From: Lingula anatina
Lineage: Eukaryota > Animalia > Brachiopoda
Assembly: GCA_051362555.1 (NCBI GenBank)
Contig: CM120641.1
Span: 28,092,401 to 28,156,400 of the forward strand
Reading direction: 5' to 3'
Length of the DNA stretch: 64,000 nucleotides
The notes below the pieces were generated by a model. It had not been told where the DNA came from. It worked only from the letters and a program-made list of their open reading frames with translations, and did not search any database. How positions within the stretch are numbered: position 1 is the stretch's first letter; every line of letters starts with the position of its first letter. Position numbers and translations under genes: made by a program. Positions 58,373 to 64,000 of this stretch are shown here, piece after piece.

Positions 58373-59629
58373 TTTAGAAAGCTTTTGCCTTTATTCACAA
58401 TATAGAGTAATTTTATTCTAAAGATATTTTGACAGAAAATTTACATTTGGAACTTTGATGACTGGGATATATCATATGAAAAATTAACAATAATGTTATT
58501 ATGGAGATTTTTGCCTCTTTGCATTGAGTTATCATAAGACCGCTACGCGGCTCTGAACTTTAAAGAATTGTTTTTGGTTTTACTTTAATGTAGTATAATT
58601 AAGTAATCAACCAATAAACTTTCTAAGCCCGCGTTGTGTGTTTGTGTTTAATATGTGGTCAAGCTTCTCAAGCGCAACACTGGACATGGTGTCCGTTTTT
58701 ATTTTGTTTTCCATACGGTGTACGAGTTGCGGTATTTCAGAAAGTAAAACGTCGCAATATTCAGGGATGAAATTGAAATGTGAAATAACCCCAAAATTAA
58801 CAGAGATACACCTATAACTACTTTTGAACTAGAATAGGAACTCGTATACTGGCAATCTAATCGTGACCCTAAAATTGACCCTTGTTTTTAACTGTTCGAA
58901 ATGGCACCGTTTGCCCTCCAAAAACACCAAAATACATGTTTAATGGGGTCCTTCAACGGGTCTCGAACCCCACAACAAGTGGGCCGAGAGTCGGCCTCGA
59001 ATCCGGGACCTGTCATCCGTAAAAAACAGACCCCCCTCTGTAAATCCTGGGTCTGCCCCTTTTATGACACCTGTAAACAGCGTTCAGCAGACAAAAATGG
59101 AAGACTATCTTCTTTCCAGTTTTTTTTTGCCAAATAGTGCCTATGTTTTTCACAAAATTAGCATCGTCGCAATTGCTTTGACATGTTTGAACGTCTTGTA
59201 AAGATTCCCACCAAACTAAATCTAAGCATAAAACAAAGTCATAGAAAATACTATCTAGGAACGCTCCGTGTCGGCTTTTCAAACAAGGCCGCGAGTATAT
59301 CGTGAACTTCAACTTTGATGATAAGACCATGTTCGGGGACTGGCGTTGTGCTGGCTGAAATACATTTGTACGGCACCCTTACTATCAATTGTAATTGCAG
59401 ATGTAAACATGTAGAGCCAAACTGGCCCACTGCGTGACAAGGTAGAAAGTTTCCATTTGATCGAAGGCATACCAATTAACGAAGCTTATGCGGCGTGGTA
59501 ACTCTGCTGTATCGAACACTGCTATACGGGTTCGAGTCTTAGAGTGCTCAATGGGATATTTTTTATACTGCTAGATATGATTTCTGATAACTGAATTTGA
59601 TTACCATAAGAGGTAAAACGTACATTAGG

Positions 59630-59877
59630 GTGGGTTCAAGTTGAGATTATATGTGACCTAAATCCAAGAGATGGGGACGCAGGTCTTTACGGTCTAGGAG
59701 GAGAAGCGGTAATGCTGACTTGTATCCAACGCCACCCTGCAGAGCCGGCGGCGCCGTACGATACGGGTCCGGACAAAACCATTAGCAAGTTTTCTTTTTG
59801 TTTTCCGTAGGAATGCGCTTACTCCAGCTGGTGGTGCAATGTCCGGAGGCGGTATCGCCTCTCTGATCCTCTAGTTG
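59630..59877. mobile_element. Rearranged HINE family 1 remnant
   Basis: 59640-59712 matches 15979-16051 in the same orientation; 59810-59877 is the opposite-orientation 3' terminus (ggaggcggtatcgcctctctgatcctctag). Confidence 0.7.
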
Positions 59878-60040
59878 TTTGGGGGTTGATAATATAAGAA
59901 AACGATTTCTGCCAGGACGGTACAATTTATCACTGTTACCAATCCCGTGAGGTCAACTTAAAGAATTTTATGTTTTTAATTTTTGTAAGTTCTGGTATTT
60001 CTCTCTGATTGTTTAGTAGGGGGTTGATAAGAAAACGATT

Positions 60041-60202
60041 GAAGCTGAGAGGTCTTATAACAAAAACCATCTACTCTTTTCTTTTTCAACATGAATTCAA
60101 GGTTTTATAAAAGTATGCTTTGAATAATGATTGACATAAATGTGAGTGGCTGCATTGGAGGTATTGAAATCACTTCAGTTTTTACAAGCAAAAAAAAAAA
60201 AA
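60041..60202 (+). mobile_element. Poly(A)-tailed retroposed insertion within a local duplication
   Basis: Interrupts the second copy of gaaaacgatt|tctg.caggacggtacaatttatcactg; ends in an A run followed by gatt. Confidence 0.6.
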
Positions 60203-62098
60203 GATTTCTGTCAGGACGGTACAATTTATCACTGTCACCAATCCCGTGAGGTCAACTTAGCGAATTGTTTATGCATTTTATTTTTTAAATACTGCTTTTT
60301 TTCTTTTTCAAGATAAAAACTGTTAAAACCTTGAACTATTCCTTGTTTGAAGATGCAAGAAATTCTCTGTACCATTATGAGAATCTAATTGCTCTGAGAA
60401 TACAATATTGCGTTGCGTCGGTTTAAATGGGGAAATTAATGGGAACTTGGGTGACAATGACAGATCAGTTGTAGTTCCGTGCTTCGGCACAGATTCTAAG
60501 ATAATGGTATAATGGTGTGCACTGGTCTCCTACGCGAGGATTTCATTCATTCACTGATGCTACTATTTGCGTCAACGAGAGTCATTTATCACGTGGGGAT
60601 GTCCTTGCGTCGGATTTAATTTCATTATCTGACCATTGTCGAAATTGGTGTTATATTCTGAAATCAATTACCATGAATAATAAACATAGGGTATTGCATA
60701 GCAAAACGCAAATGAATACAATAATCCCAAAGGAAAATTTGCGTATGAGTACACCATAGCGAAATAGACCAAGCCATTGTTAAACTGTGATCAATGGTTT
60801 TGTTCGAGACGAGATATGAATTAAAACCCGATGAGATAATGGTTCGAGACGAGATATAAATAATAAAGCCGATGAGTTAATGGAACAACAGTACAAACGA
60901 TTTTAGACGATCTGTGTCAGTTCTGAAAAGCGTGTGCAAAAAAAAAAAAAAAAGGTCCGTCTCAATGTAACCAGTTTTCAGGCAAACTGTGTTTATTGAG
61001 TGTGTTACTTTTCCTTGCCCGCTTGTGTGTTGACTGCTCTTTTAAAATATTCAAAATTATGAGGTAGAGATGTGTTGTTGAATGTGAAGGCTTTATGAAA
61101 AATGAAATTATATCAAATGAAGGATATTAAAACTACCGCGTACTGTCTGTTTGTAGCGACTCATTTGTTGAGGACCGTGATTTGAAAATACAAAAGGCCA
61201 AGAGTTCACATGGTTGGTATGGTATTATGGGTTTGCGATAGATTTTTTCCTAACGTTTTCAACGAAAGGCTTGGGCAGCTATCGCTGATGTTGATAGTAT
61301 AAGGTCGTTCATCTGTTAATTGGATAGTATGCGGTGACTTCATTATTATGCCCAAGCTTGCATGAACTTGTCGACTGCAACATACATTAGAATAATACGC
61401 TCTACACGCAAACCCAAAATTGAGACAGTCGTGGATTTTTGTTCTATACACATATGTTTTAAAAAATTGAATACAACTTTCAATTCATTCAATTTTATTT
61501 TTGGACACTTCAACATGTGAAATGCACCTCTATATTGGGTTTGGGTGTGAATGGACACACAGGTATCGGTTTCCCATCTTGAATTTTCCCGTCAAATCGA
61601 TCTTTCCTCAAAAAAGAAGCGATTTTCTCAAACCATCATCCAACCATTGCTCGACCCGTCCCTGAACTTGTTATTCCCTTTTTAATTAAATAATTTCGCT
61701 CTAAATTTTCCCGTGTTGTTAAGACCACCATGCCTCCTTTAATATTTAAGAAGGAAATATAGTTAAGCTTTTTTTAGGAAAGGTAATTATCTTTGCAGGT
61801 TACTATGGCATGCCATTCATACGTTAGGTACACGGAAAATATCACTTTGGGAGAGTTTCAAACGCATATGGTATATTTAATTTCAGAACGATTTCGAACT
61901 TTTTTTTATGAAATAAAACAATAAATATACCTACGTGATAGCACGATTTATTTCGAAAGCAAAAGAGAATAAAACAAGTGCATTTCAAAGTTGTTTTTTC
62001 AACTGCACTCATGATGAGAGCATCCGTCCTTTAAGCCCATTGAGTTATTCTCTGCAGGTGCATTCTAAGACAGTGTGAAATGTCATGAAAAAGAGACC

Positions 62099-63199
62099 TC
62101 ATTTCTTTTGTGTCTCCTGCTCTTTTTCGGAAAGACTGCTGATACAGGTGACGGATGTTGCTGTTGTGGTGTTCGTGAGACCAAAACATTGGTTCTCCAT
62201 GTTACTGCCATTACGTGATCCACGCTGACAACATCGAAAAAGAATCCTATAACCACGACGAACCTCTTTAAAACGCGCTCCGTAGATGATTGGATCCAGG
62301 AAAAAATTGAGCAAAAGACACATGCTGTTGATGCGCACTGCAATGAATAAAATATACTCTGTCTCCGATCCTTTTTCTAATTTCTCCATCGCGTGAATGA
62401 TGGCTATATTGGCAATACCTGGTGTCCAAAAAAGTATTAAGGCTGACAACAACAATCCAAGCGTGATAGTTGTTTTCTTCTCCGATTTACGATGAGGATC
62501 TAATGCAGCCGACGTTTTCATGCTTTGGCGCACGACGATATAAAGTCGAATATATAACACAGCTGTAACCAAAAGCGTAAAACCGTTCGTTATATTAAAG
62601 GCAATGCTTTTCGCTTCATGTGTAACTCGCTGCATGAAAAACTCGGCACAGTCTGGAAATTGGTCAGCCATTATTACCTCAATGCTGTCAAAAATAATTT
62701 CAAAACAAAGGGCAAATGCATACTGGAGTAAGATAAGAATTCCAAAGCGCTTCTTTGTCAATATGGTTTCGTAGCGATACGGCTTTGCAATTGCAATAAA
62801 CTGGTCAAACAATATGATTCCTGTTGACAGAAATGCAGTCATGGTCATTATATTAAGAAAAGTGGCGAAAACTCCCGACAAACATGGCTGCACTGAGGTA
62901 CTTACAGTGTCAAATATCTGTGACATTTTTGTTGCCAAATATGCTACTAGCATCATCGTGACACCCAAGTCCGAAACTGCAATATTCATTAGCGCCCATT
63001 GATACTTTTTCCATGGTTTCCGCATGTGTAACAACGCTAAAACGGAGACTACATTTTCAAAAAAAGCAACTGCAGCCAAACAAAAGAAAACAACCGTGCT
63101 TTGCGTGGTAAAAGCGTTCGCTGCGTTATTCACTTGTGGGCTTTTCGTTGAAAAGTTTTCGAAGTCCTCTGTATTATTTTCAGCATTCATCTTTGTCAT
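62099..63199 (-). CDS. Class A (rhodopsin-like) GPCR, intronless
   Basis: Seven hydrophobic segments; TM1 EN, TM2 NIAVSD, TM3 DQFIAIAKPYRY, TM6 FWTP, TM7 DPIIY, helix 8 with CC; N-terminal N-glycosylation sites. Confidence 0.93.
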   Translation of the reverse strand: MTKMNAENNTEDFENFSTKSPQVNNAANAFTTQSTVVFFCLAAVAFFENVVSVLALLHMRKPWKKYQWALMNIAVSDLGVTMMLVAYLATKMSQIFDTVSTSVQPCLSGVFATFLNIMTMTAFLSTGIILFDQFIAIAKPYRYETILTKKRFGILILLQYAFALCFEIIFDSIEVIMADQFPDCAEFFMQRVTHEAKSIAFNITNGFTLLVTAVLYIRLYIVVRQSMKTSAALDPHRKSEKKTTITLGLLLSALILFWTPGIANIAIIHAMEKLEKGSETEYILFIAVRINSMCLLLNFFLDPIIYGARFKEVRRGYRILFRCCQRGSRNGSNMENQCFGLTNTTTATSVTCISSLSEKEQETQKK

Positions 63200-63744
63200 G
63201 CAGCGTTCATGGGTGATGACAATGCACTACGTTGCTAACCCGCAGCACCGCATATAACTAGTCTTTTCTCAATGTGTCGAAGAGCAGCGGTCGAAAGTTA
63301 TACTATAGGGTCTTGCACAGCAAAGATAGTACCCTGAAAAAATCGGTTCAAAATCAAACATACATTTTTCCCAAAAAGTCTACAAACGACTGCTCACAAG
63401 AAAACACTGCGCTTGTTCTTGATCCATCCGCACATGTCCAACTCCGTACCAAATCTATATTTAATTCACTTTTGCTAATTAAATACCAAAACGTTATAGT
63501 AATACAAGGGGTTTAGTCATTCGTGTTCCTCATGTTGAATTGTTAAAGTTTACTGTAACAAGAAAATTTGCAAATCGGTTTTAGTACGCACCTTTTCAAT
63601 GTATAAGCCCTTAAACTGAAAGTACACGTTTTGCAGGCGATCGGCTGAACTGAAAATATTCTATTCCGTCTTATGCCAGGCATGGGCTTATATATGATAT
63701 GCTGATAGCATCACGCGTTGGTACAATCAATGTCCAGTTGACTT

Positions 63745-63971
63745 GGACCCCATTTCCATAGATTTTAGATCGATCTATCCCTGTGGGGAGTCTCTCTAGA
63801 TTACTGTCAGCTTAGCCGGCTTAAGCGTCTGTCCCGCCTACTAAAAGCTGTAAGGGGGTAATTAACTATGGTGCGCGATCGGCTGACTGCAATTTAGCGT
63901 GAACCCCCAGGGAGTTAGGTCGATCTAAATCTTAATCTCTGGATCGATCTAAATCTCTGGGAATGCACCCC
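63745..63971. mobile_element. MITE family A copy
   Basis: Reverse complement of 1377-1591 with the same TIRs. Confidence 0.8.
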
Positions 63972-64000
63972 AAGGGTCCGCCTACTCTGTAACATCACCG

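Noticed and set aside
59483-59545. tRNA-like A/B boxes (ggcgtggt..ggttcgagtct)
   Set aside because: No convincing cloverleaf; at most a decayed SINE head.

Overview
AT-rich, intron-rich invertebrate animal genomic DNA (probably lophotrochozoan; the species cannot be determined from the sequence). It carries eight protein-coding genes: TECPR1 (-, 3' end runs off the window), BRI3 (+, head-to-head with TECPR1), a RING/TRAF-zinc-finger E3 ligase (+), BLOC1S2 (+), macroH2A (-), a large TASOR/TEX15-like DUF3715 (pseudo-PARP) gene (+, divergent from macroH2A), an intronless UDP-glycosyltransferase (+) and an intronless class A GPCR (-). Introns hold many non-autonomous transposons, including two Helentron-like (HINE) families with internal 146-bp and ~161-bp satellite arrays, hAT-like, Tourist-like and mariner-derived elements, and a ~575-bp foldback. 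Three observations stand out. (1) macroH2A has two intact tandem 175-nt copies of a macrodomain exon that can only be used mutually exclusively, at a different position from the vertebrate 1.1/1.2 switch. (2) The neighbouring DUF3715 protein combines a SUMO-interaction-like motif, four duplicated AT-hook exons and a C-terminal ATF7IP-binding-like motif, suggesting an undescribed HUSH-like silencing adaptor. (3) The TECPR1-BRI3 head-to-head pair matches the human arrangement as I recall it. Exon boundaries were read by eye from GT/AG sites and reading frame; family assignments are from recalled motifs, not database searches.
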